The notes under the pieces are model-generated. The model saw nothing but the letters and a program-made list of their open reading frames with translations, was not told the DNA's origin and made no database searches. A DNA stretch of 47,285 bases from Escherichia phage phiKP26. Shown here in pieces: positions 1 to 9,097 of this stretch (positions are counted from its first letter, which is position 1; every line of letters starts with the position of its first letter). The stretch lies in sequence record KC579452, one strand, 5' to 3'. Both the position numbers and the translations under genes were made by a program.

Positions 1-65
1 TCGGTTACGCGTATATAAAATAGCACGATTTGCATAGACAACNAAGCCGAAAAATNNCGGGAGCC

Positions 66-446
66 CAAGTTGAAGTAAAATACGGTGTCGNAGTTAGCAG
101 GATTAGCCGCCATGGCTGGAATGGAGTGGTTGGCATTCGATCTCTATACGAGGCAATAGAAAAGGNCCAGCCATTCGTCGGGCGCGAAGGGATTATGCAT
201 GACCTGACAATTAAANNCATCCCANAAATACAAAAGAGGGGAATNGTTTGCCTCATTGGCGATAAGATTTATGTTCATCCGGCCCTGGTTGAGATGGATA
301 AGGACGACGTGCAAAACTGGTGCAGTCAGTGCCGATCCGACGTGCCACGCTCAAACTACGTGCCACCGCAAACAACAATCCATGGCTATAATGCCGATGA
401 GGTGGAGAAGGCCATACAGTTCTACCGGAAAGCGAAAGCTCTCCCG
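66..446. repeat. Direct repeat copy A (assembly overlap / terminal redundancy); near-identical to 46542-46922
   Basis: Base-by-base match to 46542-46922 at offset 46476; differences cluster at N-containing positions. ORF 30-473 is the repeat image of the C-terminal part of CDS 46389-46961. Confidence 0.85.
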
Positions 447-457
447 AATGGTGAATA

Positions 458-500
458 TAGCACAAATTGCTAAACAATAAATTGGGTAGTCAGCTATGAT
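458..500 (+). promoter_or_regulatory. palindrome/-10 promoter-like element (tagcacaaattgcta-N22-tatgat)
   Basis: Family member; upstream of CDS 531-761. Confidence 0.4.
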
Positions 501-530
501 TACCCTATCAACAACAAAGAGGAAATAACC

Positions 531-761
531 ATGAAAGCTGTAATTATTGAAGGTTTCGCAGGCGCTCGCACAGAGGTGTCAACCTCAGTACATTACGAAG
601 GCATCGTGAGTATTGATATCAACTTCGGTAACCATGGCGACGGATGTGCGCTTGCTCACTATACTGCCTACCAAGCGCGCAAACTGGCGGCGGCGCTTAT
701 TCAGGCGGCTGAGGGGATTGAGAATGGTAAGGGTTACACTGGTCGGCGTAGAAGCGAGTAA
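531..761 (+). CDS. hypothetical early protein
   Basis: 76-aa ORF with RBS (aaagagg) and upstream palindrome/TATGAT element. Confidence 0.45.
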   Translation: MKAVIIEGFAGARTEVSTSVHYEGIVSIDINFGNHGDGCALAHYTAYQARKLAAALIQAAEGIENGKGYTGRRRSE

Positions 762-811
762 ATTCAGTATCATAATTGAAGCAAATGACAACTAAACGAT
801 AGGAAGCTAAC

Positions 812-1045
812 ATGATTACCATTAACCTTTCAGAAGAGCATGCTGCCGAGATTAGGGCTATACTAATGCATTGCCTTAGCCGCAAGATGTTTAGCGCGTC
901 AGAATCGCTTACAGAGGTTGTAAATCAGATTCGAAATCAGGAGTTTGAAGATATACTGCCGTGGGAAGAGGACTTGGCCTGGCTTGAGTACGAGCAGATT
1001 TGCACGGCACTATCAGGCTGCCAACTGGCTAGCCAATACAAGTGA
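812..1045 (+). CDS. hypothetical early protein
   Basis: 77-aa ORF with RBS (taggaag) 7 nt upstream. Confidence 0.45.
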   Translation: MITINLSEEHAAEIRAILMHCLSRKMFSASESLTEVVNQIRNQEFEDILPWEEDLAWLEYEQICTALSGCQLASQYK

Positions 1046-1324
1046 CAATCTACGAACACAAATTCAGCAGCAGGGGTATCGATATGCTCCTGCATTACGT
1101 AGACGAGAGATACGCCATGTTAATGCAGAAGACGCATGGCGGCACAATAACGAGGATTGAGATATGAGCTTGAATTTTTTNAAAACTAGCATAATTGAAG
1201 TTGATGAGGCAGTTTACTTTCACGAAAATCACGGATTCGACACCGAATGCCTTGCTGATGAGGGTATGGTACTTATTGTTGAGCGAGATGAGTTTTCAGA
1301 AANCGTAAANTGGAGTGAAAANTA

Positions 1325-1576
1325 ATGAGCAAGTACAACCGACAGATTGTTGGGCTGAATGGTAAAGTAACAACCATTGATGTATATCGGGTTCTGGATG
1401 CATTCCAGGTAACTGACCCCGCAACTCAACACGCCATTAAGAAAATGCTTTGTAGTGGGTTGCGTGGGCACAAGGACTATTTAACAGACCTTGATGAAGC
1501 TATTGAGTCGCTTAATAAGGCTTATGAACTTCGAAAGCAGCGTGATGAGCTTGGATATGTTTATTTCAGTAAATAG
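1325..1576 (+). CDS. hypothetical early protein
   Basis: 83-aa ORF; stop TAA abuts the palindrome element at 1574. Confidence 0.45.
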   Translation: MSKYNRQIVGLNGKVTTIDVYRVLDAFQVTDPATQHAIKKMLCSGLRGHKDYLTDLDEAIESLNKAYELRKQRDELGYVYFSK

Positions 1577-1616
1577 CACAAATTGCTAAACATCCATCGC
1601 AAGGATGCGTTACCAT
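1574..1616 (+). promoter_or_regulatory. palindrome/-10 promoter-like element (weak -10 taccat)
   Basis: tagcacaaattgcta plus 22 nt; leader ...atcgaaattagacgaggaaag before a 42-aa ORF at 1650. Confidence 0.3.
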
Positions 1617-1773
1617 TACTTTATCGAAATTAGACGAGGAAAGATTAAATGTGTGGATATGATGAGTTGCCAAGTGAATGGTGTAAAAAANTGATGGATG
1701 AGGCTAAAGATGGGGATGAAGTAATGGCGTACTTTGAGTTGATGAACATGTGGCGCGAACGTGAGGAGAAGAA

Positions 1774-2067
1774 ATGAAAATTAACGTATTCACTGGCAAC
1801 TTATTGGCAGCCAACGATTCTGAGGGTGGAGACGGCAAGCGAGCAATTCATATGTGGAGTAAGAAACAAACAATGAGGCGCATATCTATTGATGAGGCAA
1901 TTAAAATTGGTAGCTTCGTTTGCTTGTGGGTATGTGATGGTGAGCTTCAAGCGGAACAGGTTAGGAATGGTTACGTATATACTGGATATGATGAATATGA
2001 CGATGAGAGAGAATTGTTTCAGCCTGCATTTTATCTCGACGCTGAATTTTACATCGCTGGAGAATAA
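1774..2067 (+). CDS. hypothetical early protein
   Basis: 97-aa ORF in a co-oriented array of small ORFs. Confidence 0.4.
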   Translation: MKINVFTGNLLAANDSEGGDGKRAIHMWSKKQTMRRISIDEAIKIGSFVCLWVCDGELQAEQVRNGYVYTGYDEYDDERELFQPAFYLDAEFYIAGE

Positions 2068-2207
2068 CCCATGATATGGATTCACACGTACTACACTGGC
2101 AAGTTCAATAGCGTAATGCACAAACGAGTGTATGACAGCTATGAAGCGGCAAAGGCACAGCAGGCAGTCCTGGGTGGCGATATTCAATCTTACAAGAAGG
2201 CTTAATC

Positions 2208-2447
2208 ATGTTCGGACTTACTCAACCACAATTTAATGCAGTTCGCGCCCAAGCTAAGAANCTTAACGAGGCGGTGGATAAGCTGACAAGCAAGCAGAAG
2301 CAGGATAATGACATCATGAAGGCGATTATCTGTGAGTTTCATAGCCCAGTCAGTACAATCATCGAGAAGATGAAGTTTGTTNGGGTTGCAGGCTATCTTG
2401 CTGGTCGCGTAGGTAAGCGTGAAGATGGGGAGCAGATTTATGACTAA
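2208..2447 (+). CDS. hypothetical early protein
   Basis: 79-aa ORF; ATGA-type overlap with the next ORF. Confidence 0.4.
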   Translation: MFGLTQPQFNAVRAQAKXLNEAVDKLTSKQKQDNDIMKAIICEFHSPVSTIIEKMKFVXVAGYLAGRVGKREDGEQIYD

Positions 2448-2634
2448 ATCACTAGGGAAAGTCAGATGTATTGTGTCTTACAATGATAAGAAGTTCAAAA
2501 CTGGTAAATCTTACAGCATTTTGTCATCACCCGCATATGGTTGGGTTAAATGTGAGTCAGAAGATGGGTGTATAGAGATGGTTAAAGATGGCATTGACAT
2601 TGAGTTTGGTNACTTTGAGGTATTTTATGACTGA
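2440..2634 (+). CDS. hypothetical early protein
   Basis: ORF beginning MTKSLGK; start chosen at the ATG overlapping the upstream stop. Confidence 0.4.
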   Translation: MTKSLGKVRCIVSYNDKKFKTGKSYSILSSPAYGWVKCESEDGCIEMVKDGIDIEFGXFEVFYD

Positions 2635-2920
2635 GCTATCAATCTGGTTCCTGGCTGGCATGTTGACGTGGATTTATTTCGTCGTCATGGCTTGACGAAA
2701 ATGTTAAAAGTGGTTAGTATTAACCACGTAGACGGCAATGACCGTAACGCGCATCGCGGAGATGCAAGCCGATAGCCGGGCTGGATAAAGATACGAGGCA
2801 AATAAAACCGCAGTTAGACATTGAGAACTTCGCGAAGCGAACCAATCAATGCAGTAAGTCGGGCTTGACATTCCGAGGATTGTGAAACCTCCCCGCATTC
2901 GGTAAGCGGGACTCATTCTA

Positions 2921-2996
2921 GTTCTGCTGGCGTAACAGGATAACGCAGAGACCTCCTAAGTCTCAGTTACTGGTTCGAGTCCAGTGCGGAACACCA
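2921..2996 (+). tRNA. tRNA-Arg (anticodon CCT, reads AGG)
   Basis: Hand-folded cloverleaf: 7-bp acceptor stem (gttctgc/gcggaac, one G-U), D stem gcgt/acgc with GG in loop, anticodon stem gagac/gtctc, loop ctCCTaa with U33 and A37, T stem actgg/ccagt, T loop ttcgagt, discriminator A, encoded CCA. Confidence 0.8.
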
Positions 2997-3012
2997 AACA
3001 TGGAGCATCCTA

Positions 3013-3198
3013 GTGAATAACTACGAAGTCCGTTTAACTTCCCGCCTAATGGGTCGGCAATGCAAATCTTGCCAGCAATCCTACGAAGGTAGGTTCATTG
3101 CTAAAAGCCCTGAAGAAGCAGTTGCAGCCGCAAAGGCAGCATTTAAGATTGACCTGACAGTCCACAAAGTCAGCGTTGATAAAGTATCCCTCGTTTGA
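3013..3198 (+). CDS. hypothetical protein
   Basis: 61-aa ORF followed by a rho-independent terminator. Confidence 0.4.
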   Translation: MNNYEVRLTSRLMGRQCKSCQQSYEGRFIAKSPEEAVAAAKAAFKIDLTVHKVSVDKVSLV

Positions 3199-3226
3199 GA
3201 TTGGTCATCTCGCAATGCAGTACTTT

Positions 3227-3250
3227 GCCCTCCTTGTGAGGGCTTTTTTN
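3227..3250 (+). terminator. rho-independent terminator
   Basis: gccctc-cttgt-gagggc stem-loop followed by a T6 run. Confidence 0.7.
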
Positions 3251-3297
3251 CGTCCATAGTCATGGTACAATGACTTTTAAAACAGGAGGAATATCAA

Positions 3298-3813
3298 ATG
3301 TCAGAAGAGAAAAAAATTCACCAGAAGATTGGTAACTTCAAGGAGCTTTACAATAAGAAGTATGGCGACATTGCCAATCTTAAGATTAACCACAGATACA
3401 CTCCCGAGCAGGTATTCGACATGGCTGTAAGGTATTTCAGCTGGGCTGAAGAGCAGGCAATTAAAGCTATCGAGACAGCAAGCTTTCAGGGTGTCGTAAC
3501 GGAAAACCTTGTTCACAAGCCGAGGGTATTTACGATAACTGGATTCCAGCTTTTCTGCGGCGTTGGTCATAATGCTATTAGCAAATGGCGCTCATCACCA
3601 GGATTCGATGAAGTTATGGAGTTCGTCGACTCAGTTATCTTTGAACAGAAGTACCAGTTGGGTGTTAACAACATCGTCAACCCTGGACTTATTAGCAAAG
3701 ACCTTGGCATCGATAAGCCGCAAGAGGTTAACATCAACAACGCTTCTAATGCTGTAGTAAACGACGAGGAAGCAATGAAGTCTGCTCTGGCTTCTGTAAT
3801 GGATAAACTATGA
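3298..3813 (+). CDS. putative terminase small subunit
   Basis: 171-aa ORF immediately upstream of and overlapping the large terminase; call is by position only. Confidence 0.5.
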   Translation: MSEEKKIHQKIGNFKELYNKKYGDIANLKINHRYTPEQVFDMAVRYFSWAEEQAIKAIETASFQGVVTENLVHKPRVFTITGFQLFCGVGHNAISKWRSSPGFDEVMEFVDSVIFEQKYQLGVNNIVNPGLISKDLGIDKPQEVNINNASNAVVNDEEAMKSALASVMDKL

Positions 3814-5378
3814 AGACATTGGTTTGGGAAGAAATGACGCCAGCCGAAAAGCTGGCAGTTAAAGTGCTGTCCACTCACAGCTTCGAGGCATTCCTTCGCG
3901 TGTGGTTTCAGCTAAGCCAGGGAGAGCGATACATCCCTAACTGGCATCACAAGTACCTTTGCCGAATAATTGACGAGGTTATTAGTGGCGAGCGTAGGGA
4001 TACCATCATTAACGTGGCTCCCGGGGCCGGGAAGACCGAGATTACTTCAATACACTTCCCTGTATACTCAATGCTTAAGCTAAAGAAGGTGCGAAATCTG
4101 AGCCTCTCATTCTCTGACAGTCTGGTGAAGCGCAACTCTAAGCGTGTTCGCGACCTTATAAAGTCAGCTGAGTTTCAGGAACTATGGCCCTGTAAGTTCG
4201 GCACGTGCAAGGATGACGAGATTCAGGTTCTTGACGAGAGTGGAAAGGTTAGGTTCGAAGCGATATCTAAGGCAATTGGCGGTCAGATTACCGGCGCTCG
4301 TGGCGGTTATATTACTGAAACCTATAGCGGTTGCTTGATGCTTGATGACCCAGACAAGCCAGACGATATGCTCAGCAAGGTAAGGCGAGAAGCTGTCCAC
4401 GTTTTACTTAAAAATNCCATTCGCTCACGTAGGGCGAGTAGCGTTAAAGGTAAAGCTACGCCGATTTTGTCCATCCAGCAAAGGCTTCATACGCAGGATT
4501 CGACGTGGTTCATGACTTCTGGTGGTATGGGTATCGACTTTGATGTATTGAAGATACCGGCGCTGGTCACTGAAGAATATGTGAATGAACTTCCTGACTG
4601 GATTCGTGAGCAGTTCGAGAAGGACGTGCTTTCATCCGAGTACGTCGAGCGAGATGGTGTTAAGTATTACAGCTACTTCCCGCAGAAGGAATCTGCGCAT
4701 GACTTGATGGCAATGTGGGACTCAGATCCGTACACGTTCCTAAGCCAGTACCAACAATCTCCAGTAGCCTTAGGTGGAAACCTGATTAACGTAGATTGGT
4801 TCGTGAGGCTTGACGAGAACAACAGGCCGCCAGTCAAGTATGACTACCGCTTCATTACAGCTGATACTGCCATGACTACGAAGAGTTACAGCGATTATTC
4901 TGTGTTCCAGCTTTGGGGTAGAAAGGATAACAAGATTTATCTTCTGGATATGGTTAGGGGTAAATGGGAGGCTCCAGAGCTTGAGCAAACTCTTCTGAAC
5001 TTTGAGAGTAAGCACCGAGCAGCTAGTAAAACAGATGGTATCTTACGTAAGGTTATTATCGAGAAGAAAGCATCTGGCATAGGGCTTATCCAGTCAGCAG
5101 GTCGAACGATGCGGACTCCTATTGAGCCTTTCGTTCCCGATACAGATAAGTTAACCAGGGTGATGAGCGCATTACCACAGATTAAGGCTGGTAACGTAGT
5201 TCTGCCAGACTCAGCGCCATGGCTTACATCTCTGCTAACTGAGTTCTCGGCGTTCACTGCGGACGATTCACACCCCCATGATGACATTGTAGATACAACA
5301 ACGATGGCAATAAACTGTGAATTGAACTTGAGTGACGACCCAAGAGCTAGGTTAATGAGGCTAGCTGGAGTTAAGTAA
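3810..5378 (+). CDS. terminase large subunit
   Basis: 522 aa; Walker A-like NVAPGAGKTE, Walker B-like LMLDDPD, C-terminal nuclease-like region; canonical position. Confidence 0.85.
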   Translation: MKTLVWEEMTPAEKLAVKVLSTHSFEAFLRVWFQLSQGERYIPNWHHKYLCRIIDEVISGERRDTIINVAPGAGKTEITSIHFPVYSMLKLKKVRNLSLSFSDSLVKRNSKRVRDLIKSAEFQELWPCKFGTCKDDEIQVLDESGKVRFEAISKAIGGQITGARGGYITETYSGCLMLDDPDKPDDMLSKVRREAVHVLLKNXIRSRRASSVKGKATPILSIQQRLHTQDSTWFMTSGGMGIDFDVLKIPALVTEEYVNELPDWIREQFEKDVLSSEYVERDGVKYYSYFPQKESAHDLMAMWDSDPYTFLSQYQQSPVALGGNLINVDWFVRLDENNRPPVKYDYRFITADTAMTTKSYSDYSVFQLWGRKDNKIYLLDMVRGKWEAPELEQTLLNFESKHRAASKTDGILRKVIIEKKASGIGLIQSAGRTMRTPIEPFVPDTDKLTRVMSALPQIKAGNVVLPDSAPWLTSLLTEFSAFTADDSHPHDDIVDTTTMAINCELNLSDDPRARLMRLAGVK

Positions 5379-5390
5379 TCATGATAAACT

Positions 5391-5413
5391 GCCCCTTACT
5401 CAGGGGCTTTTTN
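5391..5413 (+). terminator. rho-independent terminator
   Basis: gcccct-tactc-aggggc hairpin followed by a T-run. Confidence 0.65.
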
Positions 5414-5427
5414 ATTGGAGAAATTAC

Positions 5428-6702
5428 ATGGTAAAAGCAGACAGCTACGCAAACATCTTTCTCAACGGGAGTGATGGTAGCGAGATTTACGGAAAGCTTG
5501 GCGGCCTTGGCCTAACAGCTCCAGCGCAGCTTGAGCAGCTTTACGTCAACAGCGCACTGGTTCGCCGAATCATTGATATCGTGCCGGAGGTTGCACTTGG
5601 TGCTGGCTTTAACATCGAAGGCATCAGCGATGAAGGTGCTTTCTGGTCTCGATGGGATGATTTAGACCTTTCAGATAGCGTAATTGACGCCCTGGCGTGG
5701 GCAAGGTTATACGGTGGCGCAGCTGTAGTAGCAATAGTTAAGGATGGTAGGGCGCTAACTAGCCCAGCTCGTGAAGGTGCGGAGCTCGAAACCGTTCGCG
5801 TATACGACCGGCAGCAAGTAAAAGTGCAGACTCGCGAGGAGAATCCACGAAACGCTCGATTTGGTAAGCCATTAACTTACCGCATCACGCCAAATGGTTC
5901 AGCTACGTTCTATGATGTACACTACACACGTTGCCATATCATTGATGGCGAGCGAGTGCCTAACAATTTACGTCGTAATAACGATGGTTGGGGCGCAAGC
6001 GTGCTAACTAGTGACTTAATCGACGCGATTGACGACTATCAGAACTGCGAGAGACTGGCTACTCAGTTACTGCGTCGTAAGCAGCAGGCTGTATGGAAAG
6101 CTAAAGGCCTTGCTGACTTGTGCGATGATTCGGATGGATTTGGCGCGGCTCGTTTACGTCTGGCTCAGGTAGATAATAACAGTGGCGTTGGTCAGGCTAT
6201 CGGGATTGACGCGGAGAGTGAAGAGTACAACGTTCTCAACTCAGATATTGGCGGTATTGATACATTTCTGAGTCAGAAGTTCGATCGAATCGTTGCCCTG
6301 AGCGGCATCCATGAAATTATTCTCAAAGCCAAGAATACTGGCGGTGTATCAGCCAGCCAAAATACGGCTCTGGAAACTTTCTATGGTTACGTTGACCGCA
6401 AGCGCAAGGCTGAATTACTGCCCCTTCTTGAGTTCCTGATTTCATTCATTGTAAGTGAGCAGGAATGGTCAGTAGAATTTAACCCTCTATCGCAGATTAG
6501 CGACAAGGATAAATCTGAGATTCTTGAGAAGAACGTCAATTCAGTTGCCGCATTGATTGCAGCTGGAATCATTGACGCAGACGAAGCAAGAGATACGTTG
6601 CGCGCAATTTCAACTGAGGTTAAGATTGGCGAAGGCTCAATTCAAACGGAGGTTGTAATTAATGAATCAGAAGACCCGCTGGATGTATCCGCAAATAATT
6701 GA
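5428..6702 (+). CDS. portal protein
   Basis: 424-aa ORF directly after the large terminase; size and position typical. Confidence 0.7.
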   Translation: MVKADSYANIFLNGSDGSEIYGKLGGLGLTAPAQLEQLYVNSALVRRIIDIVPEVALGAGFNIEGISDEGAFWSRWDDLDLSDSVIDALAWARLYGGAAVVAIVKDGRALTSPAREGAELETVRVYDRQQVKVQTREENPRNARFGKPLTYRITPNGSATFYDVHYTRCHIIDGERVPNNLRRNNDGWGASVLTSDLIDAIDDYQNCERLATQLLRRKQQAVWKAKGLADLCDDSDGFGAARLRLAQVDNNSGVGQAIGIDAESEEYNVLNSDIGGIDTFLSQKFDRIVALSGIHEIILKAKNTGGVSASQNTALETFYGYVDRKRKAELLPLLEFLISFIVSEQEWSVEFNPLSQISDKDKSEILEKNVNSVAALIAAGIIDADEARDTLRAISTEVKIGEGSIQTEVVINESEDPLDVSANN

Positions 6703-7426
6703 GAGCCAGATTAATCGCAGCCTTTTGGTTGCGGTATCTGAACTTATTGAGCAAATGAAGTTATCTGCAAAGAGGCTAAAAATTGACACAGCGCAGGAGA
6801 TTGAAGAGGAAGATTCAGACCTTTCAGATGTAATCTCAGCGCTGCTATCTGGTTTTGTTTCCACTCTGCCTGCGCTGGCACTAGCAATATATCGTTATAA
6901 CTCGGCGCAATTCCTTAAGGTGGCCAACAACTCCGGAGGTAAGGATAATCCTGTAGTTCTTGCGCTAGGATTGTATGGTATTAACGCGGATGAACCATGG
7001 TGGCTCGACACCAGGAACTCATGGATTGTTGGCACGCAGTTAAGTGCATCAAAGCTGCTAAACAACATCAAGGATGATTTCATAAACAACGCCATTACTG
7101 CGCAGGCTGGTAACACTGTTGACCTTGATGATAGATACCGAATCTACAGAAAGAGAACAGCAAATATCGCTGCTGGAATTACAGGGTCTCTAAACTCAAA
7201 CCTTATGCGGAGAAGGCTTGAAGATGCCGGTGTATCTCAGTATGTTTGGCGTGGTAGACTTGACGACAAAGAGCGACCATCTCACGTTTTGCGTGAGGGG
7301 GTTAGCTTTAAATCAGATGGTTCGGACGCTGGAAAACTTGACGGCCTTGCGATATTCCCCGGTCAGCAATACGGGTGTCGTTGCTGGGCTGTTCCTAAAT
7401 GGGAGAATTTAATTAATGAAGAGTAA
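6662..7426 (+). CDS. head morphogenesis protein (Mu F / SPP1 gp7-like minor head protein)
   Basis: 254 aa after the portal; C-terminal region with the VWRGRLDDKERPSH motif typical of this family. Confidence 0.6.
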   Translation: MNQKTRWMYPQIIESQINRSLLVAVSELIEQMKLSAKRLKIDTAQEIEEEDSDLSDVISALLSGFVSTLPALALAIYRYNSAQFLKVANNSGGKDNPVVLALGLYGINADEPWWLDTRNSWIVGTQLSASKLLNNIKDDFINNAITAQAGNTVDLDDRYRIYRKRTANIAAGITGSLNSNLMRRRLEDAGVSQYVWRGRLDDKERPSHVLREGVSFKSDGSDAGKLDGLAIFPGQQYGCRCWAVPKWENLINEE

Positions 7427-8525
7427 AATGCGTTATGATAGCGCCAAGGTAAAAGCCCGTTTCGATGAGAACGGTTTTCTCGTGGACACCCCAGTGGTTG
7501 CTCGCGTAGGTGTACAAACCTACTATATGCCAGATGGTTCAGAGCGCCGAGAGTTCCGTCCGGCTTCAGAGGTTTTTAAAGCCGATTCGCTGCAAAGTTA
7601 CCAGGGTAAGCCGCTTACTCTTGGTCACGTGGTTGTAAACTCTGAAAATGCTAAAGAGGTGGTTGTTGGTTCTGTATCTGGGTCAGCAATGCGTCAGGAC
7701 TCGGCAGTGATTGTTCCTCTTACCGTTTACGACAAGGAAGCAATTGAGAAGGCCAAGTCTGGCGTTGCTGGTGAGCTCTCTGTTGGCTACAACACTGTTG
7801 ACATTGAGTCTCCTGGCTGGGGTAGTAATGAAACGGGTGAGTACAAGCTTGATGGAGAGTACGCAAGCCAGGATGAGATTCCTGCTGATTGGGTACGCTT
7901 TGATGCGCTACAGACGAATATCGTTGTTAATCATATCGCACTCGTATATAAAGGTCGCGCAGGTATTGCTAAACTCAATCTGGACGCGGAACAGGAAAAC
8001 CCGTATACTGATACCGTTCAATCAAATAAAGAGGATAAATTGATGATTAAGATTAAACTCGATGGCGAACAGGAGTTCGAAATCGCCCCGGAAGTTGCTA
8101 AGCATATCGAAGCTGTTAAGGCTGATGCGGAGCAGGCTAAAGCTAAAGCTGACACTCTGGAAGCTGAGCGCGACGCACTGAAAGCTAAAGTTGATGGCAT
8201 CCCCGCTGAAATAGAAGCTGCTTTAGCCAAAGCTAAGACTGATGCTGACGAAATGGCTGCCCTGGTCGCAGTTGCCGCAGAAGCTGGCGTTAAATGTGAT
8301 GGCCTGGATGCTAAAGCAATCAAAGTTGCTTACGTTAAAGAAGTGTCTGGTATTGAAGTTGCTGAGAAATCTGACGCATACATCGATGCAGCCTTTGATA
8401 TCGCTAAAGATAGTGATAAAATGGCCGAAGCCCGCAAAGCAGTTGCTGCTGCGGATAAATCTGACGCAGCCGACGCGCCTAAGAAATTAGACCCGCGCGC
8501 TCGCCTCGCTAAATTGAAAAAATAA
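7416..8525 (+). CDS. head scaffolding protein (N-terminal globular domain plus Ala/Lys/Glu-rich coiled coil)
   Basis: 369 aa; C-terminal half is strongly helical and A/K/E/D-rich; sits between morphogenesis and capsid genes. Confidence 0.6.
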   Translation: MKSKMRYDSAKVKARFDENGFLVDTPVVARVGVQTYYMPDGSERREFRPASEVFKADSLQSYQGKPLTLGHVVVNSENAKEVVVGSVSGSAMRQDSAVIVPLTVYDKEAIEKAKSGVAGELSVGYNTVDIESPGWGSNETGEYKLDGEYASQDEIPADWVRFDALQTNIVVNHIALVYKGRAGIAKLNLDAEQENPYTDTVQSNKEDKLMIKIKLDGEQEFEIAPEVAKHIEAVKADAEQAKAKADTLEAERDALKAKVDGIPAEIEAALAKAKTDADEMAALVAVAAEAGVKCDGLDAKAIKVAYVKEVSGIEVAEKSDAYIDAAFDIAKDSDKMAEARKAVAAADKSDAADAPKKLDPRARLAKLKK

Positions 8526-8536
8526 GGAGTCTTAAT

Positions 8537-9004
8537 ATGGCAATTCGTCGTCAAGCTACTGCTGGTATGGTTGCAGATACCTCTCTGTACAATATTGATG
8601 GTGCCTGTGTAACATCTTCGGCTCTCGTGCGCAATGTTGGCACTGCTGTTGGAGTTGGTTCAGTTGTTGATGGTCACAAGGTGCTGGTAGCCCCGGCATC
8701 TGGTAACGTTTACGGCGTCCTGGTTAAGTCACACTATGAAAGCCCTCGCGGTTCTTACGGTGGCGCTGTTGGCAATGTCGACAACTTCTCCGTGGCTAAC
8801 GTAATGACTCACGGTCGAATCTGGATGGCAACTAGCCTTTCAGAAGCGCCTGCATTTGGTAGCGCCGTTACCGTTGATGCCAATGGGTTAGCAACAAGCG
8901 GTGATGCCTTAGGTACTAACTGGACATTCGCAGGTGGATTCCAGGCAGCTGATGCCGCATCTGGAGAACCAGCGCTCGTTGAAGTCCAGGTCATTCAGAA
9001 GTAA
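8537..9004 (+). CDS. putative head decoration / capsid accessory protein
   Basis: 155-aa Gly/Ala/Val-rich ORF in the head module, followed by a terminator. Confidence 0.4.
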   Translation: MAIRRQATAGMVADTSLYNIDGACVTSSALVRNVGTAVGVGSVVDGHKVLVAPASGNVYGVLVKSHYESPRGSYGGAVGNVDNFSVANVMTHGRIWMATSLSEAPAFGSAVTVDANGLATSGDALGTNWTFAGGFQAADAASGEPALVEVQVIQK

Positions 9005-9022
9005 TTATCACCTCCAAATCAA

Positions 9023-9045
9023 ACCTCCTTCGGNAGGTTTTTTAT
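9023..9045 (+). terminator. rho-independent terminator
   Basis: acctcc-ttcg-gNaggt hairpin followed by a T-run. Confidence 0.65.
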
Positions 9046-9097
9046 TGCCTGTTTTCTGTTAGACTGTCAATGATCATTAACCAATCAGGAGATAGAA

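Noticed and set aside
30-473. 147-aa ORF at the window start as an independent gene
   Set aside because: It is the repeat image (66-446 = 46542-46922) of the C-terminal part of CDS 46389-46961, preceded by chimeric low-quality sequence; counting it would double-count one gene.
2704-2916. 70-aa minus-strand ORF immediately upstream of the tRNA
   Set aside because: No RBS, runs antisense through a non-coding region that probably holds the tRNA promoter; composition is not protein-like.
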